This document shows, in pieces, positions 35,332-44,559 of a DNA stretch of 64,000 bases. Position 1 is the first letter of the stretch, and each line of letters begins with the position of its first letter. The notes below the pieces were generated by a model, which had not been told where the DNA came from, searched no databases, and saw nothing but the letters and a program-made list of their open reading frames with translations. The stretch is from a virus. The position numbers and the translations under genes are program-made. The DNA lies in the IMG/VR virus record IMGVR_UViG_3300005098_000017, positions 32,001 through 96,000 of that record; one strand, 5' to 3'.

Positions 35332-36033
35332 TCATTTGAGGTGCACCTTCACCTTACCATCTTCTATATAAACAGTAGGTGGGGTCCCTCGAAGCCGGCG
35401 TCCTCTAAGATCAAATCGCCCTTTTAGGTAGGGAAGCCGCGGCTTCTTCTTATCATCCTCTATAATAAGACTACTTGTATCGGGCAGAACAATCCTCATA
35501 ATTTGATAAAGTGATAGATTATCATATGCAATGCACTTGCGTCCCCAAATGCTGCCTTTCGTTATATAGACACATAATGAATCACCACTTGCTAAACTAG
35601 GATATGCACTTCTGCCTATATCAATGATCCAAAGGTGATAACCCCAAACAGTACTGCATGTTGGAGCAAGATGATCTATGCAAGGCTGCACCCTCCACAA
35701 AGGTATAGATGCTGATGGACATGAATGTATGTCACAGCTATCCCAAATGGTATCCGCAGAACTATCATAGATAAAAAACTTGAGAGAGAACCCATACCAT
35801 ACATCATCAGTACTATCCGTATCAGTACCCATTGACGATATTACTTGTAGTGTACATAGATTGCGGTTGAAAGAAGCCGCGCACTTTGAACAGATGCCCA
35901 TCGTATCAACATAAGCTGTATCATTATATCCCAACTGGAATAGAACAAAGAACCACCGAGGTGGCGGAGGTGGGTCGGCAGCAACCAATGATATCCCGAT
36001 CGCTAATAGTATAATAATACTAATCTTCTTCAT
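35332..36033 (-). CDS. secreted paralog with T9SS-CTD-like tail
   Basis: shares GYNDTAYVDT and APTCS.VWGYH.W; ends FDLRGRRL...VYIEDGKVKVHLK. Confidence 0.65.
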   Translation of the reverse strand: MKKISIIILLAIGISLVAADPPPPPRWFFVLFQLGYNDTAYVDTMGICSKCAASFNRNLCTLQVISSMGTDTDSTDDVWYGFSLKFFIYDSSADTIWDSCDIHSCPSASIPLWRVQPCIDHLAPTCSTVWGYHLWIIDIGRSAYPSLASGDSLCVYITKGSIWGRKCIAYDNLSLYQIMRIVLPDTSSLIIEDDKKKPRLPYLKGRFDLRGRRLRGTPPTVYIEDGKVKVHLK

Positions 36034-36223
36034 CTTTATCTTTTTTAGATGGCATAAGCAATTTAGCTATAAGTACAATCACACCTACAATTACAACACC
36101 AATTATGCCAAATGTCCCTATCAGCGCCAATGCATCCATCTCGGGACCTGTGAATGGATCCTGAGCAAAAGCGACGTTAAAGATACCAAGTGCCCATAAT
36201 ATGTAATATAGTCTCGCCATCAT
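36020..36223 (-). CDS. small membrane protein
   Basis: signal peptide plus TM segment. Confidence 0.6.
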   Translation of the reverse strand: MMARLYYILWALGIFNVAFAQDPFTGPEMDALALIGTFGIIGVVIVGVIVLIAKLLMPSKKDKDEED

Positions 36224-36299
36224 TCAATAATACCTTAATCAAAATTCATTGAAGATTCCCAGAAATACGGTATAATCAGACCAAAAGAAAGGAGCGTGT

Positions 36300-38204
36300 A
36301 TGATTATAAAGGTCCCACTCAGGCAAGACACAAAAACTGTTTCACAGAAAGGTTACCCTGTCATAGCGGTAATATCTGGTAATACACATTTTTATTCCGG
36401 TGGGAGATATTATATGTACGAGGTAGCTGTTGCATTATCTGAATTAGGAGCCGAAGTGCATTTCATTACGAATGTGCGTCCAAGGCATTTTGAAAAGGAT
36501 TTCAAAGATTATGATATCAGTAAAATTCATTGGCATGTTGATAGAAATTATAAAGCCGATCTACCTCCCTTAGATGCTGTTATCGGCTCCCCTCTTCATA
36601 CAGCTCTCATAGCCGTTGATCTTGCGGGCTTACATTCATGCCCTTCAATTATCATTGTCTTTGAAACACCTAACTGGTATGCAAAATATGAAGAGGATGA
36701 ACATAAATATATGCCACGAAAACCACCATTTGAGATGTTCAAGCAAGCCTTAATAGAGTGTGATCGTATTATAGCAATTAGCCACGAAGGTGCCAAACAT
36801 ATCCCCCAATGGGATAGCAGGATTCCACCAGATAAAATTAGTGTTATAAGACCCGTTGTAAATCATAAATGCGCTGATAAATATAAAAATAAATCCGCAA
36901 GAGAACGTAGTGTTACATACGTGGGTAGATTGGTGTTTAATAAACAATTTTGGGAGCTCTATGATGTTATAATGAATGATCCCGAACCATATGTATTTCA
37001 TGTTGTTACATCAACGATATCAGAAGCCGAGCGCAAAGCACACATGGGAAATGAGAAACACCCCGTCCAGTGGCATCTTAAGGTTGGTGATGACAAAAAA
37101 TTCGAAATATTATCAAAAACATCAGCCTTAATTTTACCAACCAAGTTCGAGGGTTATGGTATGCCTCCACAGGAATCATTATATCTGAATACACATACTA
37201 TTGTTACGGATCTACCTGTTTTCCGTAATGAGCATGCAATAAAGGATGATGCACACTTTGTTAAGGACATGAAAGAAATTCCAAGTGTAGTTCACAAGGT
37301 ACTTGGTAAGACATGTACACCTAAGGGACACATACCAACGATGGAGGATATGAAAAGAGAGCTTCTGCAGGTTAAGGAGATACCATTTAAGTGGCGCTCC
37401 GAAGACGATATCCTCATAAGCTTTTCATGTTGCGTCTTTAATAATGCTAAACATATAAGAGAGTGTATTGAATCAATTTATGATCATGCATATGAGATAA
37501 TCATTGTTGAAGGAGCTACCGATTGGTGGGCTAACTACTTTAAGAGTCCTACAGGTATCAGCACTGATGGAACACATGAAATAATTATGGATCTTATAAA
37601 AAATGATAGCAAGGGGGTTATAAAATATTATGGTCCCCTGCGTTTCCCTCATAAGGTACAGATGAGGCGTTATGCGGTAAATAAAATTGATAAAGAAGCT
37701 GTGAGAAGCGGGCGCCTCGTCTATTGGATCGTGGATGCTGATGAAATCTATACTGATGAAAGCATTAAAGCAATGAAACGCGCCATCCTAACGCATCAAA
37801 GAGGCATTGTTTTTCAACCAACATACAGACATCACTGGATTGATCCACGGTATGTCATAGAAGGCGGGCCATGGAGCGCGCCTCATACAAGAGTCGTCGT
37901 GTGGAATAGGAAATATGGTTACCATAAGCGTGATCAATATTATATACAGAGACATAACGAACCATTGGATGAGCAGGGCATAGGGCTTAATATAATGAGG
38001 CCAAAGTATTATGTAAGCCGCGGCTTAGGTGTATTAGTCCCTGACTGCATCGTTGACCACTATGCATATGATTATAACCTAGAAGCCAAAATGCAATTCT
38101 ATAAGGAACGTGGCGATAATGCATACAAATTAATGGTTGCTGTTATGCAATGGAAGCCTGGCAAACCATTACCAAAAGGTATTACGATTAAGCGCATAAA
38201 TTAA
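36300..38204 (+). CDS. bifunctional glycosyltransferase (GT4-like plus GT2-like)
   Basis: SGG, YVGRL, FEGYGMPPQE; then FNNAKHI..CIES, STDGT, DADE. Confidence 0.85.
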   Translation: MIIKVPLRQDTKTVSQKGYPVIAVISGNTHFYSGGRYYMYEVAVALSELGAEVHFITNVRPRHFEKDFKDYDISKIHWHVDRNYKADLPPLDAVIGSPLHTALIAVDLAGLHSCPSIIIVFETPNWYAKYEEDEHKYMPRKPPFEMFKQALIECDRIIAISHEGAKHIPQWDSRIPPDKISVIRPVVNHKCADKYKNKSARERSVTYVGRLVFNKQFWELYDVIMNDPEPYVFHVVTSTISEAERKAHMGNEKHPVQWHLKVGDDKKFEILSKTSALILPTKFEGYGMPPQESLYLNTHTIVTDLPVFRNEHAIKDDAHFVKDMKEIPSVVHKVLGKTCTPKGHIPTMEDMKRELLQVKEIPFKWRSEDDILISFSCCVFNNAKHIRECIESIYDHAYEIIIVEGATDWWANYFKSPTGISTDGTHEIIMDLIKNDSKGVIKYYGPLRFPHKVQMRRYAVNKIDKEAVRSGRLVYWIVDADEIYTDESIKAMKRAILTHQRGIVFQPTYRHHWIDPRYVIEGGPWSAPHTRVVVWNRKYGYHKRDQYYIQRHNEPLDEQGIGLNIMRPKYYVSRGLGVLVPDCIVDHYAYDYNLEAKMQFYKERGDNAYKLMVAVMQWKPGKPLPKGITIKRIN

Positions 38205-38599
38205 ACATGCCGTTCAAAATGGGGTACATCCTTGAATGTCTTAAAGTTGCCGCCCCATCTGTTCTTCTTATCAAGACTCTCCCAGTACTCACCAAACGGT
38301 TTAATATCATTATAGTCCCATGTTAAAGTGTAATATTTCCCATCAACAACAATAATCGTCTGCTCATACTTATACTTTTCACCCTCCTGTATTGGCTTAA
38401 AGAAATTAAGGTCAATAGCGAGCCGCTTCAAATGATATGAATTCATTGTCTTACTGCGCCCCGTTTCCACATATATCCGTTGCGTTTCAGGAGAGCGCCA
38501 GAGTTCTCCCCCCGTAACAACCCAGCCTCTTTCTTCGACATACTTAATCAGTTTCGCTACATCCTTCAGAAACTCCCACTGTTCCTTCACTAATGACAT
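38201..38599 (-). CDS. M15-family peptidase (endolysin)
   Basis: RSPETQ, SYHLKRLAIDL, RWGGNF..DVPHFE. Confidence 0.9.
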   Translation of the reverse strand: MSLVKEQWEFLKDVAKLIKYVEERGWVVTGGELWRSPETQRIYVETGRSKTMNSYHLKRLAIDLNFFKPIQEGEKYKYEQTIIVVDGKYYTLTWDYNDIKPFGEYWESLDKKNRWGGNFKTFKDVPHFERHV

Positions 38600-38876
38600 C
38601 TTCCTGAACCTCCTCTTCTTTTGGTTTCTCCTTTGACCCTTGGAAAATAAGACGATGCCCTTCTTCCTTGCTTATTAATGCAATGGTACCTCCAAAGTCA
38701 ATCTTACCAATATAATTTTCATCCTCATATTCAATATAGATCCATCCAGTGTGCTGCCCACTCGCATCTACAATTTTACCATCCTCTTCGATATAGAATG
38801 CTGGATCACCACGTTGTGTAATAAGACACGCCTTATAGTTACCATAATCATAATAAAATTTGTGAAAAAATAGCAT
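38544..38876 (-). CDS. hypothetical protein
   Basis: AAGGAGG RBS. Confidence 0.7.
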   Translation of the reverse strand: MLFFHKFYYDYGNYKACLITQRGDPAFYIEEDGKIVDASGQHTGWIYIEYEDENYIGKIDFGGTIALISKEEGHRLIFQGSKEKPKEEEVQEDVISEGTVGVSEGCSETD

Positions 38877-38887
38877 CTAACACCTCC

Positions 38888-39601
38888 TTATGCTATAAGC
38901 CCTGCCTTTACCTTTGATAAATATGATAACAAACATTGTTCCTTCTCTTCATCTCTATATTCTTTTGTTATTACAGGCCAGCCGCGCTTCTTACAACTAT
39001 TATTAATCCATGAGCGACGGTGGAATATAGTAAGCCCGCGGCTTCTCATCTCATCAATTGCCTGCTTACTAAACCCACCGCTATATTTATATCCAAATAA
39101 TTCAACAAACAACCTCCGAAACTCATCATAGACATATCGTGCAATGATGCTTGCCGCCGCTATTGAATAATGCGTCTCATCACCACCATGAACACCAAAT
39201 TGAGGCACACTTAATCCATCAACATCATAATAATCCACGAATACAACCGCATTACCATTATCCTTAGTGATTCGATCTACTATATTCTTAATAACATCTA
39301 ATTCGTGCTTACGATAATTGCCACCACCATCTACAATGTGGAAATCACAGTAATCAACATAAACAGGAAACCTTTCCATAAGTGATAATGCCACCTTCTT
39401 GCGTTCCTTTACCGTAAGTACCTTGCAATCAGCAACAGGTATTAATGGATATTCAACAGGCGGAATAATTTTAACTGCACCCACAATAATAGGTTGCAGG
39501 GAAGAAAAGACATTTACCTCATCAAATCCAATGATAGTCATACCTTCATCAATGTACTGTTTCTCATCAGGATCAAAATCTGTTAACCAATGCTTTCCCA
39601 T
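38888..39601 (-). CDS. rnhB: ribonuclease HII
   Basis: IGFDEV, DCKVLT, VD, GD...SIAAASIIAR, HRRSW. Confidence 0.85.
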   Translation of the reverse strand: MGKHWLTDFDPDEKQYIDEGMTIIGFDEVNVFSSLQPIIVGAVKIIPPVEYPLIPVADCKVLTVKERKKVALSLMERFPVYVDYCDFHIVDGGGNYRKHELDVIKNIVDRITKDNGNAVVFVDYYDVDGLSVPQFGVHGGDETHYSIAAASIIARYVYDEFRRLFVELFGYKYSGGFSKQAIDEMRSRGLTIFHRRSWINNSCKKRGWPVITKEYRDEEKEQCLLSYLSKVKAGLIA

Positions 39602-40068
39602 TATTCCTCATAAACATTTTGTGTTGCCCAATACCCTAAACAAATAGCATCTGCTATATTATGGTTATCTATCTCCTGTCCTGATAGCTCAGACGCGAGC
39701 CTCATAGAATAACGTTTGCGATCAACACGTTTTGTCTGTGACGAACATTGCAATATATTTGTTTGCCATGTCTGGGGTTGCACAACCACAGGAATCCACC
39801 CATTACATTCAAAAATTGTTGCAATAGAAGCCCGCACCTCAACCAATCTTTCAAAAGTTAATACATTTCTCTTACTTGCCCGGGGATGAAGCCATTGACC
39901 TTCTATAACAAGCACCCGCGTATCTTTATCATATGTTGTGGATAGCTTGTGCATTTTATCCAAAAATTCTTCATCTCTTTCAATTAAACCCCAGCTTTTC
40001 AAGCGTCCATCCTCCCATATACTATAACCAATACGTTTCGTATCAGGATCAATAGCTATAATGATCAT
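39601..40068 (-). CDS. RuvC-like Holliday junction resolvase
   Basis: IAIDP...GYS, VIE, P.TW, ADAICLG. Confidence 0.8.
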   Translation of the reverse strand: MIIIAIDPDTKRIGYSIWEDGRLKSWGLIERDEEFLDKMHKLSTTYDKDTRVLVIEGQWLHPRASKRNVLTFERLVEVRASIATIFECNGWIPVVVQPQTWQTNILQCSSQTKRVDRKRYSMRLASELSGQEIDNHNIADAICLGYWATQNVYEE

Positions 40069-41000
40069 TTCTTAAGCCTGCTTTCTATAAATTCCTTTAG
40101 GTTATCTTTATTTTGATAAATCTCTAGAGGATAGATACCGTTTTCAAGTAACCGATCAATCGAATATTTTTTACCATCAATTTTTATAGAATTACCTTCC
40201 ATTGGTATGCCAAAATCTGAAGCCGGCGCCAAATCAGACCACATATCAATCAAACCAATGTTCGGTTCAACCAACAAAATGTGATTCTTGCCCTCAATAA
40301 TGCTTGATGTTTTGGTTTTGACAATCGTAATCTTCACTGTGTCAAACTTATATTTACCACTTATACGGTGGAAAAACAATTTCAAATGATAAAGGTGTTT
40401 TAACAAATAAGGACCTGGCTCCCTATAACTCATATAAGCTTTAGTATATCTGGTAACCTGTCCACCTATGAGATCTCTTATTTGATTTATAATGATCGCA
40501 AGAATTTCTTTTTCACCTATCGCCGGAGCCCATACCTTAAGCTCGCGGCTTAATAAGCGCGCCAGTTCTGATACCTTCTGCTCCTGTGGCTTCGCTCTCT
40601 TCTCAAATTCAGTACTCATAGCCACAGCACTATCGAAGACAAACCCAACAATATCATCCAGATGTTTGGCATAAACATTACGCACATCCTCAAATATCTC
40701 CTCAGCTGTTGAACCACGTATAACAATCATTTCATCAAGCTTGCAACCTTGGATCTCAGCCCATCTTCCATCAAACATACGCTCTGCATCAACATAGACA
40801 GTAAGCCCGCCCTTCTTTTGTTCCTGTAAAAGACCTATTAGCGATAGGGCCAATGTTGTCTTACCAGTAGAAGGGCCACCCCAAAATCCTATGAACCTGC
40901 CTAACGGTATGCCATATAATGCTTTCGCCATAAAGGGGAAACGGGCTGACAGATCCAAATACTTGGTACTTGATAGTTCAGTCGCTTTTATTATTGCCAT
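40065..41000 (-). CDS. recA: RecA/UvsX-like recombinase
   Basis: GIPLGR, GPSTGKTT, VDAE, FDS, INQIR. Confidence 0.85.
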   Translation of the reverse strand: MAIIKATELSSTKYLDLSARFPFMAKALYGIPLGRFIGFWGGPSTGKTTLALSLIGLLQEQKKGGLTVYVDAERMFDGRWAEIQGCKLDEMIVIRGSTAEEIFEDVRNVYAKHLDDIVGFVFDSAVAMSTEFEKRAKPQEQKVSELARLLSRELKVWAPAIGEKEILAIIINQIRDLIGGQVTRYTKAYMSYREPGPYLLKHLYHLKLFFHRISGKYKFDTVKITIVKTKTSSIIEGKNHILLVEPNIGLIDMWSDLAPASDFGIPMEGNSIKIDGKKYSIDRLLENGIYPLEIYQNKDNLKEFIESRLKK

Positions 41001-41015
41001 CTTAAACCCCCTTTA

Positions 41016-43391
41016 TCAATCACACTTCCCACCATACCCACATTTTGGACATGGGTTATTACAATCAAATGCATATTCAACACCTCTGGTTATAATTTTA
41101 TAACCACACATGGGGCATACATTTATTATAGCATCATCTGGTACCTCACCATCCGGTAGAGCACCATTATACATATTTGATGCTTCTTGCACAGCCCTCT
41201 TGCGTTGCTCATATTCCTCCTCAGGCGTAATACCACGCAAGAAGTACTTTAGTGCTAATCCCCAGAATCCCACAGGAGATGCAATCTTGTGTCCTTTATA
41301 CCATGTCATACCATCAGCAGATTTTATGCTTGCAAACTCATTAATAATATGGTCAACAACACGGTGATATAACTCTTCATCTCCAAGGGCATAAATCTGC
41401 TTGAGGAATATCGATGTGATCACATCTAGAGCAATAATAAAATCCGAATGTGGTATATCCTTACTGCCCAAAAAGATTTCTAGTGGTTTACCCTCAACAC
41501 CCGCTACGATAAGATAATAGTTTCGGTCCCTATAAGGAAACTTATAAGCCTTCGCATCAAGTGTATCAGGCCTCTTCCAATCAGATAAAAAGAGGAACTT
41601 GCTCTTCTTCTTGCCACTTCTTATTACAGCCTGCCGGCTTCCTTCTCTGAACACAGTTATACCTTTTACCCCATTTTTCCAAGCATCAATAAAGAAGCGC
41701 GACAGATCATCCGTTGTCCATTGAGCTGGTATCGTATATGTATTGCTAATAGCATTATCGATATGTTTCTGTATCGCTGCATGGATGGCTAATTTATCAT
41801 AAGGATCAACATCATGTGCTGTAACCATGTATGGTGCATTTACATCATAACCATCGGTATTTTCTACCCATTCATATATAGGTTGCTTAAATTTCATCAT
41901 CTTATTGAAGCTCTCGCTCCACCGTTCGATCTCGAAATAAAAAATTGGCTCAAATGCTGCATTAACCCCTGTTAATAATGATATTGACCCCGTCGGCGGC
42001 ACAGTTAACAACGCAACATTCCTTATACCGTGTTCAGCTACCTGCATCATAAAGTCCTTATTAAAATGCTTTTTGATAAATAGCGCCTGCTCAACATAAT
42101 CCTCGTATGAACCATCCCTTTTAAATTGTTCAACAGCAGGCGCGGGGCCTAACTGCTGGGCGAGCTTAACAGATTCATCATATGCTATGTTACATATAAA
42201 TTCAGCTATGCGCTCGGCTTCCCTGACAGACTTAAGGGTACCATACTTAATGCGTTTAATAATAAAATAATCAGCCAGTCCCATAAACCCTATACCAACC
42301 CGCCTCTCAAACTGAGCCTGCTCCTTTACCTTATCTATAGGATAATATGCCCTGTCAATAATAGCATCACCTAATCTAACGGCAAATCGCACCGTTTGTT
42401 CTAACTTCTTCCAATCCATACGGCGAGTAGACAGATCCACATGAGCAACAAGATTGACGCTTAAGAGGTTACAAACGGAATAAGCCGGCAGCATCTGTTC
42501 CCCACACGGATTGCTTGTGGCAATCTTTGCATAACCTGATGAATTTGATGTGCGTTCGACATTGTCTATAAAAATAAGCCCCGGCTCCGCTGACTCCCAT
42601 GCGGTCCTTACAATCGTATCCCATAACTTCTTCGCCCTTATACTACGCTGGACCTTCACAACATCATTTTTGAATGATAGAGTGAAGTCATCATCAGAAA
42701 TCATAGCATCCATAAATTCATCAGTGACCTTAACAGATATGTTAGCATAGCGTACCTGAAGCCGGCTTAATATATACCTCACAAAATCGGCCTCCTCATC
42801 ATCAACATTCAGAAGAGTAAAATAACTCTCCATCGCATTGTTTAAATCACACTTCATTTTTACGAATCGCTCGATATCAGGATGTGTTATGTCAAGACTT
42901 ATCAACAGAGCTCCACGACGCCCGCTCTGACCAACCAACCCTGTAACAGCAGAATATAACTCAGCCCAGCTCCATGCACCCGTAGAAACCTTCGCAGATC
43001 CTGTGTGAACCTTTGCACCCTCAGGACGTAGCGTTGATATATCTATACCACATCCACCACCTGACTTATAAACGATTGCCAATTCCTTCGCCGTATCAAA
43101 AATGCCCTCCATGCTATCCTCTGGTGATGCTATGACATAACAGTTAAATGGCGTTATACGTTGTTCAACACTCCTTCCAGCCGCATACAAAACACGACCG
43201 CCAGGAACAAGCCGCCAGCTTAAATTACAATCATCATCAAAAAAGATGTTATCTGTCTCTATAGGATATGGTTTAAGGAAGTAATCATACACACGCTGAA
43301 AGATTGACTCAATCGGTTCATCAGGTTCTGCCTGATATTTTTTGGCTATCGTATCTCTTATGGTCTTATACTCATCAGATATTGGAATCAT
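41016..43391 (-). CDS. nrdJ: class II (B12-dependent) ribonucleotide reductase
   Basis: PGGR, FNCY, GGGCG, RRGA, SNPCGEQ, CNL, PPTGSIS; no small-subunit gene nearby. Confidence 0.9.
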   Translation of the reverse strand: MIPISDEYKTIRDTIAKKYQAEPDEPIESIFQRVYDYFLKPYPIETDNIFFDDDCNLSWRLVPGGRVLYAAGRSVEQRITPFNCYVIASPEDSMEGIFDTAKELAIVYKSGGGCGIDISTLRPEGAKVHTGSAKVSTGAWSWAELYSAVTGLVGQSGRRGALLISLDITHPDIERFVKMKCDLNNAMESYFTLLNVDDEEADFVRYILSRLQVRYANISVKVTDEFMDAMISDDDFTLSFKNDVVKVQRSIRAKKLWDTIVRTAWESAEPGLIFIDNVERTSNSSGYAKIATSNPCGEQMLPAYSVCNLLSVNLVAHVDLSTRRMDWKKLEQTVRFAVRLGDAIIDRAYYPIDKVKEQAQFERRVGIGFMGLADYFIIKRIKYGTLKSVREAERIAEFICNIAYDESVKLAQQLGPAPAVEQFKRDGSYEDYVEQALFIKKHFNKDFMMQVAEHGIRNVALLTVPPTGSISLLTGVNAAFEPIFYFEIERWSESFNKMMKFKQPIYEWVENTDGYDVNAPYMVTAHDVDPYDKLAIHAAIQKHIDNAISNTYTIPAQWTTDDLSRFFIDAWKNGVKGITVFREGSRQAVIRSGKKKSKFLFLSDWKRPDTLDAKAYKFPYRDRNYYLIVAGVEGKPLEIFLGSKDIPHSDFIIALDVITSIFLKQIYALGDEELYHRVVDHIINEFASIKSADGMTWYKGHKIASPVGFWGLALKYFLRGITPEEEYEQRKRAVQEASNMYNGALPDGEVPDDAIINVCPMCGYKIITRGVEYAFDCNNPCPKCGYGGKCD

Positions 43392-44095
43392 ATGCCACTC
43401 CTTTCGCTACATGCCTCCCTGCTTCTTAATAATAATGACACACGCTTTATAAATGCATAAAATAACCCGAGATATACAAGATAGTCTCTCACAGCATCCT
43501 CGTACGAATCGTTCTCAACTAATAGTTCACCCTTTTTATTAAATGTTATCATCCTGCTGACCTTATCAGCCATGCGCCATATGAAGCCGAGGCCTATATC
43601 ATAAAAATCCTCCCATTCATTGTATTCCCGGGGAAGCCGCGGCTTCATAACAGCAACAAACATAAAATTAGCCAACGCATCACCACCCAACCCCGTTGCA
43701 TAATCATGGTTCTTTTTGGTATGTAACTCCTTTATTGATTTGATAATATCATCCAATGGCTGGCGCTTCATAGATGTATAGTAGTTAAGCAATTTAGCGC
43801 CTTCTATAATGATAATTGACAACATTAAATCCAACCCCTGGCGGCGGACCTCATCACAGTTGCACTTAGGATGCGCAATGATCTTTACTAAATTACGCAG
43901 CTGCGCTAGTGATCTTACTCTATCCGATATATCCAACCTATCAAGGCGTATACCTCTCTTCGATATGAGATCTAAATATTCCAAAAACAGACGGTCACCT
44001 CTAAACCCATCCTTCTCAATAATAAAATCATCGCGATAAAAATAACACAAGGTGGGGTCAATAACAACATCGGATGGACTTGAACCCATATCCAC
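43388..44095 (-). CDS. nucleotide-modification-associated / DUF1599-like helical domain protein
   Basis: KKNHDYA...ANF...RMADKVSR...D...D..VY. Confidence 0.6.
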   Translation of the reverse strand: MDMGSSPSDVVIDPTLCYFYRDDFIIEKDGFRGDRLFLEYLDLISKRGIRLDRLDISDRVRSLAQLRNLVKIIAHPKCNCDEVRRQGLDLMLSIIIIEGAKLLNYYTSMKRQPLDDIIKSIKELHTKKNHDYATGLGGDALANFMFVAVMKPRLPREYNEWEDFYDIGLGFIWRMADKVSRMITFNKKGELLVENDSYEDAVRDYLVYLGLFYAFIKRVSLLLRSREACSERSGI

Positions 44096-44133
44096 CTCCT
44101 TTTGTCATACATTATAATTATTTACTATATGTT

Positions 44134-44556
44134 TTAATATAAGTGATGGCGTATGGCATTGCGGAAGATTTTGGCAGGTAATCCCATCAAGGACCTCATA
44201 ACCCTGTTGAGCAAACCGCGTCTTGTTATCCTTCCTATCTGCCACTTCTTGCTCCTCATCAGATTCATCACAAATGTATCGATGCGCTTCGATGCTGTCA
44301 AGTGATTTTTTAATATAGGTATTGGTTGATCTATCTTCTTTACCATCTCAGGCGCCTTGGATAGAGCCGCAAGACGTGTCCCAACCTGCGATATCTCCCA
44401 CTTTAATCCTGCATATCGTGCTGGCATGCGTAACAAGGATGGTTTGATGCGTAATGGTAGGTCTACATAACGAGGGGACCATAGCCTTTTGGTATAACGA
44501 TTCGTATCCTTTATATTACGACCTAACTCTAATAACCTGTGATTTAACTTAAACAT
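44134..44556 (-). CDS. highly basic hypothetical protein
   Basis: R/K-rich. Confidence 0.6.
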   Translation of the reverse strand: MFKLNHRLLELGRNIKDTNRYTKRLWSPRYVDLPLRIKPSLLRMPARYAGLKWEISQVGTRLAALSKAPEMVKKIDQPIPILKNHLTASKRIDTFVMNLMRSKKWQIGRITRRGLLNRVMRSLMGLPAKIFRNAIRHHLY

Positions 44557-44559
44557 CTC

